Assembly (NCBI GenBank): GCA_963805085.1
Contig: CAWDTA010000002.1
Location: 2,016,001-2,080,000, forward strand
DNA: 64,000 nt
Reading direction: 5' to 3'
Source: an uncultured Veillonellaceae bacterium
GTDB lineage: Bacteria > Bacillota > Negativicutes > JARBTT01
In this document: positions 33,584 through 43,857 of the stretch, piece after piece
Layout: every line of letters starts with the position of its first letter
Position numbering within the stretch: position 1 is the stretch's first letter
Program-made: the position numbers and the translations under genes
Notes under the pieces: generated by a model
Told to the model about the DNA's origin: nothing
Seen by the model: only the letters and a program-made list of their open reading frames with translations
The model's database searches: none

Positions 33584-34202
33584 TATATTTGGTTAAAGTC
33601 ACAAAAACCACTAGTTACCTGAGTTTGAAGGGGAGTTGGTGGTTTTTTTTGTGCTCTTGAGAAGGAAATTTTCACCTCTACCATGTAAAACACGGCTTAT
33701 GAAGGAGGTAAATAAAAACTCTTGATTATTCTTTAACGCTTCCTTTTAAAGCGTTAAAGAAAGTGGATTTTGTATGATTAATAATATATTTACAAAATAA
33801 AAAGTGAGAGTTGAGGTCTTTATTGACTTAGGTTCTTACTTTTTTATGTGACTATTTGATGAATACTCTAGGGCAAACTGAGCCAGCGTGGCTCAGTTCA
33901 AAAACGGAATAGTGGATCCGCCACACCGAGATATGCATTTGATGAAAAATCTAGAAATTGAGTGAAAGTCACGTAGACCTGGTCGTTATTTTAAGATTAG
34001 AATTATTGTCTCATAATTTTCTAATGAGTTGTGGTCTAATTGCTATTGGGATTATATAGGAATAATATTACAAAGTTACAAGTAGAGATTATAATTAAAA
34101 TATGAACTTAGATAATATATTGAATGAATTTTACATATAAAGTAAATATTGTACAATACTTACAATGCAAATAAACTGAAAAATATATAAAGAGGTGTTT
34201 AA

Positions 34203-35066
34203 ATGAGTAGTAAGTACAAAGCAAGTATAATAATTCCAACATACAATCGAAGGCATTTGCTGACCTTAACGTTAAAGTCACTCTGTCAACAAACCTTACC
34301 AAAAGAAGATTTCGAAGTAATCATAGTAGATGATGGTTCTACCGATGATACTAAAGAAGTAGTTGCTGATTTCTCAAATTCGTTAAATACAAAGTATATT
34401 TATCAAGAGAAAGATGGATTTAGAGTTGCTGCTGCGAGAAATAAAGGTATATTAAGTTCCGAGGGTAATATATGTATTTTTATAGATTGTGGAATTTTAT
34501 TAGGAACTACTGGTGTGGAAAAAAACGTTATATGTCACAGGTCAGACAATGAGAAAGCAGTTTTAGGATATATTTACGGTTTTGATGAATATAATGAAAA
34601 CGAAAAATATTTGTTAGATTTGAATATTGATCCCTTTAATGTTGATCAATATTTTGAAAGACTTCAAAACGATCGAATACTTGATTACAGAGACGACGTA
34701 TACCAAGAAATTGGAGATGATTTAACAACTTGGTCTGCCCCATGGTCTATATTTTTTACGGGATATGTTTCTGTCAAAAGAGATACTCTTATAAGGGTTG
34801 GTATGTTTGATGAGAGTTATACAACTTGGGGATGTGAAGACACTGATTTGGGTCTTTCCTTATATACAAATGGCGTTCAAATAGTTCTAGAACGTGATCT
34901 AAAATGTATTCATTATCCTCATGAAAAATCGAGATTCTCGGTTGGCGAAGATGCTATAAAAAAGAAAAAAGAATACTTGCATAAAAAATATAATTTAAAA
35001 TCTACCGAATTAGCTTTAACAACCCCAAGTCGTCAATTAAACCAGTTAATGTTTAAAAGTGTGTAG
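34203..35066 (+). CDS. GT2-family glycosyltransferase
   Basis: SIIIPTYNR, VDDGSTD, ARNKG, FIDCG, FDESYTTWGCEDTDLG. Confidence 0.9.
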   Translation: MSSKYKASIIIPTYNRRHLLTLTLKSLCQQTLPKEDFEVIIVDDGSTDDTKEVVADFSNSLNTKYIYQEKDGFRVAAARNKGILSSEGNICIFIDCGILLGTTGVEKNVICHRSDNEKAVLGYIYGFDEYNENEKYLLDLNIDPFNVDQYFERLQNDRILDYRDDVYQEIGDDLTTWSAPWSIFFTGYVSVKRDTLIRVGMFDESYTTWGCEDTDLGLSLYTNGVQIVLERDLKCIHYPHEKSRFSVGEDAIKKKKEYLHKKYNLKSTELALTTPSRQLNQLMFKSV

Positions 35067-35296
35067 ACTTATAGGATATATTAAGTTCTTAGGGGCTTCT
35101 AAAGCTTTCGAATCTAATGATACTTATGCTAGTAAATTATAATATATTTAGAGAAAAAAATTTAATGGAAACTACTAAGTAGAGTCTATGAATTTAAATG
35201 TCAAAAAAATTATAGCATTCTCAATTTACTGCGAATGCTTATAAGATTAAAAAATATGAGCTATATTTTTTTATTAGCTCTCTCTGGAGGATAAAA

Positions 35297-36154
35297 ATGT
35301 CGTTATTTACTATGAAACAACTCTTAGACGATGCGTATCAAAATCATTATGCTATTCCAGCATTCAATTTTGATAACTTTGAATTATTAGTGGGGGTTTT
35401 TCGCGGGGCGGAGGAAGCGCAGACACCTGTGATCATTCAAATTACGGAACCTGCAATAGAATGGTTAACTTTGAAAAATGTAGTATCTGTTGTAAAAAAT
35501 GAGGTAGAACGGTGCGGTTTACCTGTTGCGCTACATCTTGACCATGCAAGTAATTTCGATTTAATAAAATCATGTGTAAAAGCTGGATTTACCTCAGTAA
35601 TGATTGACTATTCTGATAAGGATATAAAGCAAAATATGGAGATGACTCGACAAGTAGTTGATTTTGCTAAGAAATTTAATGTATCAGTTGAGTCTGAGGT
35701 CGGTGTAGTATCAAATATTAATGAAACTAAAGAACTAAGTAATGACTTTACTAGTTTTGATCAAGCAATTGATTTTTGCCAATATACTCAAATTGACGTA
35801 TTAGGTATTTCAATAGGTAATACACACGGGATGAAAAATAGAACAGCTAGTCTAGATATAGAAAGACTAATACGTATAAATGATAAACTTCAAAAGCCTC
35901 TAGCACTTCATGGAAGTTCAGGTGTAAAGGAAGACGACCTTGTTAAGGCTACTAAATTTGGTGTTACAAAAGTAAATATAGAGACTGAATTAAGGGTAGC
36001 ATTTAAAAAAGCAATTGAAGAAATATTTAGAGATAAACCTAATGAAATAAAACCCAGAAATATTATGGCACAAGTACGCCAACGTATCAGTGAACACGTT
36101 ATCGAACATTATAAGCTGTTAAATTCATATGGCAAATGTGCAAATTTTAAGTAA
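35297..36154 (+). CDS. Class II fructose/tagatose-bisphosphate aldolase
   Basis: LHLDHA, GFTSVMID, VESEVG, IGNTHG, LALHGSSG, KVNI.TE. Confidence 0.9.
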   Translation: MSLFTMKQLLDDAYQNHYAIPAFNFDNFELLVGVFRGAEEAQTPVIIQITEPAIEWLTLKNVVSVVKNEVERCGLPVALHLDHASNFDLIKSCVKAGFTSVMIDYSDKDIKQNMEMTRQVVDFAKKFNVSVESEVGVVSNINETKELSNDFTSFDQAIDFCQYTQIDVLGISIGNTHGMKNRTASLDIERLIRINDKLQKPLALHGSSGVKEDDLVKATKFGVTKVNIETELRVAFKKAIEEIFRDKPNEIKPRNIMAQVRQRISEHVIEHYKLLNSYGKCANFK

Positions 36155-36242
36155 TATGTTTTTGAAAGCAAGTAGTGAAAAGTACCATGGAGTTTTTCCA
36201 ACAACATAAAATTTGATTTTTATAATTTAAGGAGTGGATGAG

Positions 36243-36602
36243 ATGGAAGCGATAACTAATGAAATCAATAATATTCAAGATTTATGCTTGGATATATATG
36301 GGCGATATGATATAGATAAATCTATGTTATGGATGGCGGAAGAATTTGGAGAGGTGATAGCTGCAATACGAAAGGGAAAAAGTAAAGATGATATATGCGG
36401 TGAAATAGGTGATCTAACGGCATGGATAATTTCAATATGTAATATTTTAGATATTAGCTTATCTACTGCTTTAAAAGGGACTTTTAAAAAAGAGGTAAAT
36501 AGGCAGTTGCGGACTTATGGAAAACTTAAATATGCACAAAATGAAGCAGCTAAAATTCTTCTGTTAGATATGTTTAATAATTATAAAGAAAAGAGTGTAT
36601 AA
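36243..36602 (+). CDS. MazG-like all-alpha NTP pyrophosphohydrolase
   Basis: WMAEEFGEV..AIRK...GEIGDL.AW (EExxE...ExxD). Confidence 0.8.
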   Translation: MEAITNEINNIQDLCLDIYGRYDIDKSMLWMAEEFGEVIAAIRKGKSKDDICGEIGDLTAWIISICNILDISLSTALKGTFKKEVNRQLRTYGKLKYAQNEAAKILLLDMFNNYKEKSV

Positions 36603-36605
36603 GCA

Positions 36606-37199
36606 TTGATTAATATAGGACTAGCTAAGGGTGTTGTTAAAAGCAAATCGCTTAAACTAATAGAAGAATTGGTAGGTGAAAAAACAGATAAAAATAAACT
36701 CAGCTTTTGTAATGAAGATTTTAGCACTTTTTTACTCAAGCACAGGGATATTCCCCAATTAATTGAAAAGGGGATCATTGATATAGGTATTACCTCAGAA
36801 GAGTGGATTGAGGAAAATGGAAGCTGCGTAGATATAATTGAAAAATTAGACTGGTGTGATACAAGAGTAAGTTTAATAAGTCCAGTGGAAAGTTCAGTTT
36901 TGGCAGGTGATCATCCTATTCATTGTGTTACCGAGTTTCCCAAAATTGCCGAGAAGTTCTTTAAAACGATAAATAGGAGTGATGTAAAAATTGAATTTAT
37001 ATCGGGCTCTTCGGAAGCGCTCGTCCCACGATTGTATGATTGTTGTATAGATTGTGTTGAAACAGGGAGTACACTAAAACTTCATAATCTTTATGAAGAG
37101 TACGTAATATTTAAATCCAAAATTGTATTAGTAACTAACATTAAAATTAAAAACAAAAATCAAGATATGATAGAAAGAATTAAGGATATAATCAAATAA
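36606..37199 (+). CDS. hisG: ATP phosphoribosyltransferase, short form, divergent
   Basis: IGLAKG, DIPQLIEKGIIDIGIT, GSSEAL, D.VETGSTLKLHNL PRPP-binding motif. 197 aa, no C-terminal regulatory domain. Confidence 0.78.
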   Translation: MINIGLAKGVVKSKSLKLIEELVGEKTDKNKLSFCNEDFSTFLLKHRDIPQLIEKGIIDIGITSEEWIEENGSCVDIIEKLDWCDTRVSLISPVESSVLAGDHPIHCVTEFPKIAEKFFKTINRSDVKIEFISGSSEALVPRLYDCCIDCVETGSTLKLHNLYEEYVIFKSKIVLVTNIKIKNKNQDMIERIKDIIK

Positions 37200-37208
37200 A
37201 GGATAAAG

Positions 37209-38543
37209 GTGTATGATGTGCAGTCATTAAGAGAGGTTGCTGCTGATGTAATAGAAAAGATTGTAATTAAAAGTTACCCCTTTTTATCTCTTGGTAAACC
37301 TATATCGTTAATAATGGATCAATTCGCTACCAAAGAATATGATCGTTTATTACAAGCAGCATTAAATATTGGTTATAGTATACAGGTTCTTTCGGTAGAA
37401 GGAGAAAGAGATGGAGTATTCTGTTCGGAAATGCAAACGTTTGAGGAAAGTTCAAAAAAACCAAACTTAATTATAGTTGTTGACCCCATAGATGGGACCC
37501 TTACCGGCTCTCGAGGTGGGGCTAGATGTTTATCTGTTATAGGTATATCTGAAAATAAAAAGGGAAAGTCGTTTAAAAAATTACCTGATTGTCTATCGTG
37601 TTTCTCTGTGGGAAGTCAAGAAAATAACAAATTTCTAGAACATCTCTGTGTGAATGGAAATAAGATAGGCTTGAATAATTTTGAAAAGGACTTTATGACA
37701 CTTAATATTTCTACGTTACATAGGGCGGAGACGAAAGAACTTTTTTCTAACTTATTAGGTTTAAGCGTAGAAGAATTCGAAAAGAAGTATAGATTTTCAA
37801 TTGGTGAAAGAACATTATATAGGCCTAATCTGGCATATAAAATGATTATCTTTGTGGGGGATACTTCTGTTTCTTTACCTTTAGAAACTAAAAATTTTAT
37901 AGGAAGAACAGGTATTGCAGAAGCAAGATTAGAGTCTAGTATGTGGAAATATTGGAGAGGTTTAATAGTATCGGGAAGTAAAATGAAACGGTATGAAGGC
38001 GGGCCAATTAAATATCTTATTGATAGAATGAATTGCGCCAACAATCAAAAAGATATAGATATAACGAGTTTGTTTGAAGAAAGTGAAATGAAAGCGATGC
38101 TGAACTATGGATGGAAATTAGGTGAGATTGCTTCCTTTTTAGAAAAGGATGAATTTACACCAGAATTTAAGTTGATATGCATTGCTTCCATTTCAGGAAC
38201 ACGTGATAGATATTTGAAATCAATGCAACTCGGGAATCTTAAGCCTTGCATGTTTATTCCGGAGAAAAACTCTATACTTTATGAGACTTGGATTGTCGAA
38301 GATGGTCTTCTGAAAAAGGAAAAAAAGGAATGCATAATTAATACCATCAATGATGATAAATGGTCAAAGTATATATTAGATTGGTATAAAAAGGGAAGTT
38401 GGTCAGAAGTGTTTGCTAGGGCTAGCAAACACATTGAAAATAGTTCTGATCAATATCAGGTATTAAATTTTTTGGCTAGGTTAGAAAGAGGAGAAAGCTT
38501 GACGAAAAAGGATGTTAAATATGCTTACAATGAGTTGCAGTGA
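37209..38543 (+). CDS. Divergent GlpX/FBPase-IMPase superfamily phosphatase-like protein
   Basis: SVEGERD and IVVDPIDGT match the GlpX GEGE.D and DPxDGT metal-binding motifs. The remainder is not recognised. Confidence 0.55.
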   Translation: MYDVQSLREVAADVIEKIVIKSYPFLSLGKPISLIMDQFATKEYDRLLQAALNIGYSIQVLSVEGERDGVFCSEMQTFEESSKKPNLIIVVDPIDGTLTGSRGGARCLSVIGISENKKGKSFKKLPDCLSCFSVGSQENNKFLEHLCVNGNKIGLNNFEKDFMTLNISTLHRAETKELFSNLLGLSVEEFEKKYRFSIGERTLYRPNLAYKMIIFVGDTSVSLPLETKNFIGRTGIAEARLESSMWKYWRGLIVSGSKMKRYEGGPIKYLIDRMNCANNQKDIDITSLFEESEMKAMLNYGWKLGEIASFLEKDEFTPEFKLICIASISGTRDRYLKSMQLGNLKPCMFIPEKNSILYETWIVEDGLLKKEKKECIINTINDDKWSKYILDWYKKGSWSEVFARASKHIENSSDQYQVLNFLARLERGESLTKKDVKYAYNELQ

Positions 38544-39363
38544 ATTAAATGAACTGGAAAAGCTGGCTGTAGAACTACGTATTTTAATACTTAAAATGAT
38601 AGAAAAAAGTGGATCTGGTCATATAGGGGGTTCTTATTCCTGTCTTGAAATTTTAATAGCGCTATATAAAAAAATTATGAAACAGGATAGTAAAAATGCT
38701 AATTGGCAGAAGAGAGATCGATTTATTTTGAGTAAAGGCCACGCGGAAAGCGCTTTATATGCAGTCTTATACTCGGAAGGATACTTTCCGGCTAAATACA
38801 CTGAGACAATGAGAAAAATCGGATTTCCACTACAGGGTCATCCAAGTGCAAAATGGCTTAATGGCGTTGACTATTCAACGGGCTCACTTGGTCAGGGGTT
38901 GTCTTTTGGTGTAGGACAGGCTATTTGTGGAAAGAAACAAGGATTCAATGTATTTGTGATAGTTGGAGATGGTGAATTGCAAGAAGGTCAGATATGGGAA
39001 GCAGCTTTAACTGCGCCTAAATTCGAATTGAACAACTTGACTGTTTTTGTTGATTGTAATAAATTTCAACTAGAAAGTCCAACGCAAGTTACGGGTAATA
39101 TCGAAACGCTAGATCGAATGTGGAGTAGTCTGGGATGGGATGTTGTTCGAGTAAATGGTCATGATTTTATGGATATTGTTAACACATGCAGTAAATACCA
39201 GGATAGGCCAAGGATAATTTTAGCTGCGACGATAAAAGGTAAGGGTGTTTCATTTATGGAGAACAACAATGAGTATCATGGTAAAGGCTTAAGTAATAAG
39301 GAAATACAATTAGCTTTTATCGAATTATCGAAACATTATAATGAATTGTTGCGGAAGGATTAG
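38512..39363 (+). CDS. Transketolase-like, N-terminal subunit
   Basis: SGHIGGS.S, DRFILSKGHA, LQGHP, TGSLGQG, GDGELQEGQIWEA TPP motif. True start may be 38521 or 38530. Confidence 0.92.
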   Translation: MLNMLTMSCSELNELEKLAVELRILILKMIEKSGSGHIGGSYSCLEILIALYKKIMKQDSKNANWQKRDRFILSKGHAESALYAVLYSEGYFPAKYTETMRKIGFPLQGHPSAKWLNGVDYSTGSLGQGLSFGVGQAICGKKQGFNVFVIVGDGELQEGQIWEAALTAPKFELNNLTVFVDCNKFQLESPTQVTGNIETLDRMWSSLGWDVVRVNGHDFMDIVNTCSKYQDRPRIILAATIKGKGVSFMENNNEYHGKGLSNKEIQLAFIELSKHYNELLRKD

Positions 39364-39364
39364 G

Positions 39365-40297
39365 GTGAAAAAATTGGAGGCACTTAGAGATGCAATAGGT
39401 ACACAATTGGTTAATCTGGGGAAAAAAATTAACAAATTAGTAGTTATTGATTGTGATATGGCTAAACATACAAGACTAAGTAATTTCTTTACAAATTTCC
39501 CTGAGCGAGGTTATCAGGTAGGGATTTGTGAACAAAATGCTATAAGCGTTGCAGCTGGAATCGCTAGTTGTGGTGATATACCGCTAGTTTCATCCTTTAG
39601 TGCTTTTATTGCAACACGATGTTGGGAGCAAATAAGACATAGTATAGCGTATAACAATACTAATGTAAAAATATTGGCAACTCATGGGGGATTATCCGCT
39701 GCAGAAGATGGAGGATCTCATCAATGCTTGGAAGACTTTGCTTTAATGAATGTATTACCTAACATGGTAGTGTTAGTTCCAGCAGATCCAGAAGAAGCAA
39801 GACAAGCAATAACTTTTGCGTTAGAGTATACTGGTCCTGTTTATATAAGAATAGGAAGAGATGCTGTAGATACTATTATGCCTAATCATTACAAATTTGA
39901 ACTGGGCAAGGCAATATGTTTAAGTGATGGGGAAGAAGTTGCAATCATTTCGACAGGAGAAATTACTCAAGAAGTTATAAAAGCAAAAGAATTATTAAAA
40001 GAACATAACTTAAATATAAAGGTAATACACGTTCCGTGTTTAAAACCAATCGATTTTTCAACCCTCACATCGTTGGTTGGAGATAGTAAATATATAGTTA
40101 CAGTAGAAGAACACTCTATATATGGTGGGCTAGGAGCCATTATTGCTACTAACTTTTTAGGGGAAATAACCCCTCTAAAGTTTAAAAGCATTGGCATGGA
40201 AACATTCGGAGAAAGCGGGAAAAGTGGAGAGTTAAAGGGAAAATATGGTTTAGATTGTATCGGAATTGCAAAAACTATATTGGAGTTATTGGTTTAA
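39365..40297 (+). CDS. Transketolase-like, C-terminal subunit
   Basis: GICEQN, EDGGSHQ..ED, GPVYIR, TVEEHS..GGLG. Confidence 0.92.
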   Translation: MKKLEALRDAIGTQLVNLGKKINKLVVIDCDMAKHTRLSNFFTNFPERGYQVGICEQNAISVAAGIASCGDIPLVSSFSAFIATRCWEQIRHSIAYNNTNVKILATHGGLSAAEDGGSHQCLEDFALMNVLPNMVVLVPADPEEARQAITFALEYTGPVYIRIGRDAVDTIMPNHYKFELGKAICLSDGEEVAIISTGEITQEVIKAKELLKEHNLNIKVIHVPCLKPIDFSTLTSLVGDSKYIVTVEEHSIYGGLGAIIATNFLGEITPLKFKSIGMETFGESGKSGELKGKYGLDCIGIAKTILELLV

Positions 40298-40375
40298 CTT
40301 GTGGAAAAGCCTCTAACAGTATACTTGCGTTATCTTAGTCAGGGGTATGTTCATAAAAAAGACGGAGGAAATATA

Positions 40376-40978
40376 ATGTTTAACATTAGTAATATCGTAA
40401 CATACGATAATCTTAATCCTATTGAAAAAATTGAAGCGATTTACGAAGATAATACGTTTAAATATACATATAAATTGGAATTTAACAATCAACAGGAAGA
40501 ATTAGATTTAAGAGAAGTAATTCTTCTTAGTTTATATTCAATAGATACAATGCTAAAAAATGAAGGAGGAGCCCAATATAATTATTATATTAAAGATGAC
40601 AACTCTATAAAATACTTAATTGAGAATGCTTTTAATATAGTTATTGATAAAACTTTATTTTTACAAAGCCTTTTTGTATTAGACGAAGCAAAGTTAATAT
40701 ACAGATTTACTTGTGCAAAAAAATTCCAAGAGAACAATCTTACCTTAAAGCAATTAAGAATTAATAGTTGGGGAAACGAATATATTAAAGTTCATGACTT
40801 GATAGGAAAAAGAAGAAGTATAATTGCAAATTTATGCTTAACAGCTAAAAGACATTATAATGAAAAGGAAATGTTATATGACAGACTTATGCAATTGTTA
40901 CTTTCAGATATTAACGAACATGTCAGTAAAGAAATTAGAAATATAAATGAAAATTTAAATATAAAGCTATTATCTTAA
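40376..40978 (+). CDS. Hypothetical protein
   Basis: SD GGAGG, 200 aa, no motif recognised. Co-oriented within the cluster. Confidence 0.6.
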   Translation: MFNISNIVTYDNLNPIEKIEAIYEDNTFKYTYKLEFNNQQEELDLREVILLSLYSIDTMLKNEGGAQYNYYIKDDNSIKYLIENAFNIVIDKTLFLQSLFVLDEAKLIYRFTCAKKFQENNLTLKQLRINSWGNEYIKVHDLIGKRRSIIANLCLTAKRHYNEKEMLYDRLMQLLLSDINEHVSKEIRNINENLNIKLLS

Positions 40979-41141
40979 AGTATTTGTTCTACTGAAGGGA
41001 TTGCTTCTTCAAAAAAATAACATTTATGACAAAAATAAATAGGATTTTTAATAAAGATGTAGAAATGTAATAAAATCATACTAAATACTGTTGGTATAAT
41101 AACTGGAACTAAAAAGTTAAATGATAAAAGGAGTTTTAAAC

Positions 41142-42173
41142 ATGAGTGAAAATTTGAAATATGACGTAAACATTGACTTAGCAAATAAAACGAAACAAGA
41201 GTTAGCAGAACATCTAGAAACTGCTGATAGAAGAGTGCTTAATAAAATTGGCGCATTTTCAGCTTTATATGAAATTAACTTTCCCGAATATAATGAACCC
41301 GTTCTTGTAATGAAGACAGAGGAACCTGGTTCTAAACAATTGATAGCTATGCAATATGATAGGATCGAAAGCGTATGTTATGACATGATAAATCATCTTA
41401 TTAATGATTGCATTGTAATGGGTGCAAAGCCGTTAACTGTTCAAGATGCTATTATTTGTGGGAAGATGGATAGTGATATTATAAAAAGATGTGTAAAAGC
41501 TATGGCAGAAGCTTGTAAACAACAAGATTGCGTTTTAACAGGCGGAGAAACCTCAGAGCAACCGAGAGTAATTGAAAATGGAACTTATATTTTAACCTCG
41601 AGCATAGTTGGTATTGTTGAAAAAAGTAAAATAATTGATGGTTCTAAGATAAAAGAAGGGGATGTTGTATTAGGGTTAGAGTCCAGTGGAATTCATACAA
41701 ATGGATACACGTTAGTTAGAGCAATAATTGATAACCATCCGAGTATAAAAGAGAAGCGCATAGGTGGAAGGAATCTTATAGATGCTATATTAGAGCCCCA
41801 TAGGTGTTACTATAAAACCATTAAAGATCTCTTTAAGGGAGATAGTATAACAGGACTTGCACATATAACTGGTGGTGGTATTAAAGAGAATCTCAATCGA
41901 ATATTGCCCGAAGGTTTAGATGCGGAAGTTGATCTTTTAAAGTATATTATTAGTGATTTATTTAAGGTTTTGAAAACTGTTGGAAATATAGAAGATGACG
42001 AAATGCTAAGAACATTCAATATGGGAATAGGGCTGGTTATTGTTACAGGTGAAAGAGATAGAGACGCGATTATTAAACATTGTACTGAGCAAGGAGTTCC
42101 TTGTTTTGAAATCGGAAAGATAATTAAGGGAAATAAAAAAGTTATCACTACAGGTCAGTTTAGTTGGGATTAA
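41142..42173 (+). CDS. purM: PurM (AIR synthetase)-like protein, divergent
   Basis: NDCIVMGAKPL, GGETSEQP, SSGIHTNGYTL, AHITGGGI.EN..R.LP, RTFNMGIG. The canonical DGVGTK is replaced by EEPGSK. Confidence 0.82.
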   Translation: MSENLKYDVNIDLANKTKQELAEHLETADRRVLNKIGAFSALYEINFPEYNEPVLVMKTEEPGSKQLIAMQYDRIESVCYDMINHLINDCIVMGAKPLTVQDAIICGKMDSDIIKRCVKAMAEACKQQDCVLTGGETSEQPRVIENGTYILTSSIVGIVEKSKIIDGSKIKEGDVVLGLESSGIHTNGYTLVRAIIDNHPSIKEKRIGGRNLIDAILEPHRCYYKTIKDLFKGDSITGLAHITGGGIKENLNRILPEGLDAEVDLLKYIISDLFKVLKTVGNIEDDEMLRTFNMGIGLVIVTGERDRDAIIKHCTEQGVPCFEIGKIIKGNKKVITTGQFSWD

Positions 42174-42227
42174 AATTAAGTTTGCACATAAAAATATCTG
42201 ACTAAATATTTTTCAGGAGGTTTTTTT

Positions 42228-42935
42228 TTGAGATTATATATCATACGACATGCAGATCCTGATTATCCCAATAAAACGCTTACCCCTGATGGGCATCTAG
42301 AAGCGCAGGCATTAGCTAAACGTATGGCTAATCTGGGCTTAGACCGTATTTACTGTTCTCCGAAAGGTCGAGCGCTCCATACAATGCAATATATCGCTGA
42401 TGCCATAAATATGGAAGCTAACATTTTGAATTGGACAGCAGAATTAGATAGTCTTTGTTTTGAAGCTACTCCACCTTGGCATGTTGATACTGCTTGGGAT
42501 TTTCCTGGTGAAGTGTTTTTAAATCATAAAACGCTTCCTACCCATTCGGATTGGGATAAGCAAGCTGAATTAAAAGCTTTAAATACGAAAGAAGTATTTG
42601 AAGACCTAATAAAAAATTCTGATGAATTCTTAGAGACATTAGGGTTTGAAAGACAAGGAACAAGATATAGAGTGGTTCGCCCTAATTCTGAAAAAGTTGC
42701 TGTATTTACTCATGGAGGATTTATCCTCACTTGGTTGGCGCATCTTTTACAAATACCATTGACTATCACTTGGGCAGGTTTTTGGTTAGCACCATCATCG
42801 GTAACTACTATCCTATTTGATCAACGTTCTCCCGAATGGGCTACACCTCGTTGCATCGGTCTGGGTGATACATCACACCTTTATGAGGCGAAACTGGATA
42901 TTAAGCCGAGAGGAATCAAAGCAAATTTTGATTAA
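42228..42935 (+). CDS. Histidine phosphatase (phosphoglycerate mutase-like) family protein
   Basis: IIRHA, SPKGRA.HT, FTHGG. Confidence 0.85.
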   Translation: MRLYIIRHADPDYPNKTLTPDGHLEAQALAKRMANLGLDRIYCSPKGRALHTMQYIADAINMEANILNWTAELDSLCFEATPPWHVDTAWDFPGEVFLNHKTLPTHSDWDKQAELKALNTKEVFEDLIKNSDEFLETLGFERQGTRYRVVRPNSEKVAVFTHGGFILTWLAHLLQIPLTITWAGFWLAPSSVTTILFDQRSPEWATPRCIGLGDTSHLYEAKLDIKPRGIKANFD

Positions 42936-43030
42936 TGTGAAGCGAATACTAGATTCTTTATTCGTAAGCGTCAGACAAGGCAGTGGATAAAAAAAGAGCA
43001 AAACCTGATGTATGCCAAAAGACTGCGAAA

Positions 43031-43053
43031 GACTGAGTGACGGTTCTTGTGTC
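43031..43053 (+). repeat. REP-like site, family 1
   Basis: GACTGAGTGACGGTTCTTGTGTC, with a degenerate copy at 43119-43150. Confidence 0.78.
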
Positions 43054-43180
43054 TACATGGTCACCAATAAAGTGGTATTTAGCTAGAGATTGGGAAGAAT
43101 ACTCATAATAAAATTCTAGACTGAGGACGGTCTGCAGTGCAGTCTCTTTGCCTAGAATGGGCATTGAAAAGATGAATTAT

Positions 43181-43241
43181 TAAACAAATAGAGCATGTAC
43201 AAAATTCAAGAATATCTTGAAATGTACATGCTCTATTTGTT
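43181..43241. terminator. Long hairpin at xre 3' end (copies near 45438, 56350, 60478)
   Basis: AAACAAATAGAGCATGTAC...GTACATGCTCTATTTGTTT. Confidence 0.7.
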
Positions 43242-43454
43242 TATTTCTGGTTTGTCCGTTCTACCGACGAGGTAATCAAGCGAAACATCAAAATGATTTG
43301 CTAAAGCAAGGAGAACCTCAAAACTTGGTTTAGATTCATTTTTTTCATACAAAAATATAATTCTACGTTTTACACCTATTATCTCAGCTAAATCTTCAGC
43401 TTTTAAGCTATATTCTTTTCTTAGGTAGTTTAATCTTTCACCGAAAGAAGACAT
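43233..43454 (-). CDS. XRE-family HTH regulator
   Basis: FGERLNYLR...LAEIIGV...YEKNESKPS...FDVSLDYLVGRTD. Confidence 0.88.
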   Translation of the reverse strand: MSSFGERLNYLRKEYSLKAEDLAEIIGVKRRIIFLYEKNESKPSFEVLLALANHFDVSLDYLVGRTDKPEINK

Positions 43455-43481
43455 AAAATCACATCATTTCAAATAAATATA

Positions 43482-43531
43482 TTGACAGTGCAATTTAAAT
43501 GCACTAAAATAAAAGTGTATTTAAATTGCAC
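43482..43531 (+). promoter_or_regulatory. Divergent promoter with two 17-bp palindromic operators
   Basis: TTGACA-17-TAAAAT, with GTGCAATTTAAATGCAC (43488) and GTGTATTTAAATTGCAC (43515). Confidence 0.7.
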
Positions 43532-43615
43532 ATTTTAAACCGTGCGGAAAATTTCAGATAAGACAATGTAAGTATATCATTTTTAGTAAACCATTACATT
43601 TGTGATGGAATAAGA

Positions 43616-43846
43616 TTATTTTCTATTTGGATTATCTGATCTGCCCACAAGATAATCAAGCGAAACATCAAAGTAGTCTGCAAGAGCAATAAGAGTGCTA
43701 AAGGATGGCAAATTCATACCCTTTTCAAATTGTGTGATACTACCTTTGCTTTTTAGCCCTAGAGCATCGGCTAGTTTCTGAGTTGAAATTTCTTTTGTTT
43801 CACGAAGCAATTTTAATCTAGTAGAAAAAATATTTTTATCATCCAT
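43616..43846 (-). CDS. XRE-family HTH regulator
   Basis: FSTRLKLLRE...LADALGL...FEKG..LPS...FDVSLDYLVGRSD. Confidence 0.88.
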   Translation of the reverse strand: MDDKNIFSTRLKLLRETKEISTQKLADALGLKSKGSITQFEKGMNLPSFSTLIALADYFDVSLDYLVGRSDNPNRK

Positions 43847-43857
43847 AACAAAACCTC

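Noticed and set aside
33865-33990. c-di-GMP riboswitch upstream of the GT2 gene
   Set aside because: GGCAAAC and a hairpin are present, but the GAAA tetraloop and GACGCAAAG elements are not.
36243-37199. Histidine biosynthesis operon
   Set aside because: No hisZ, D, B, H, A, F, I or C nearby.
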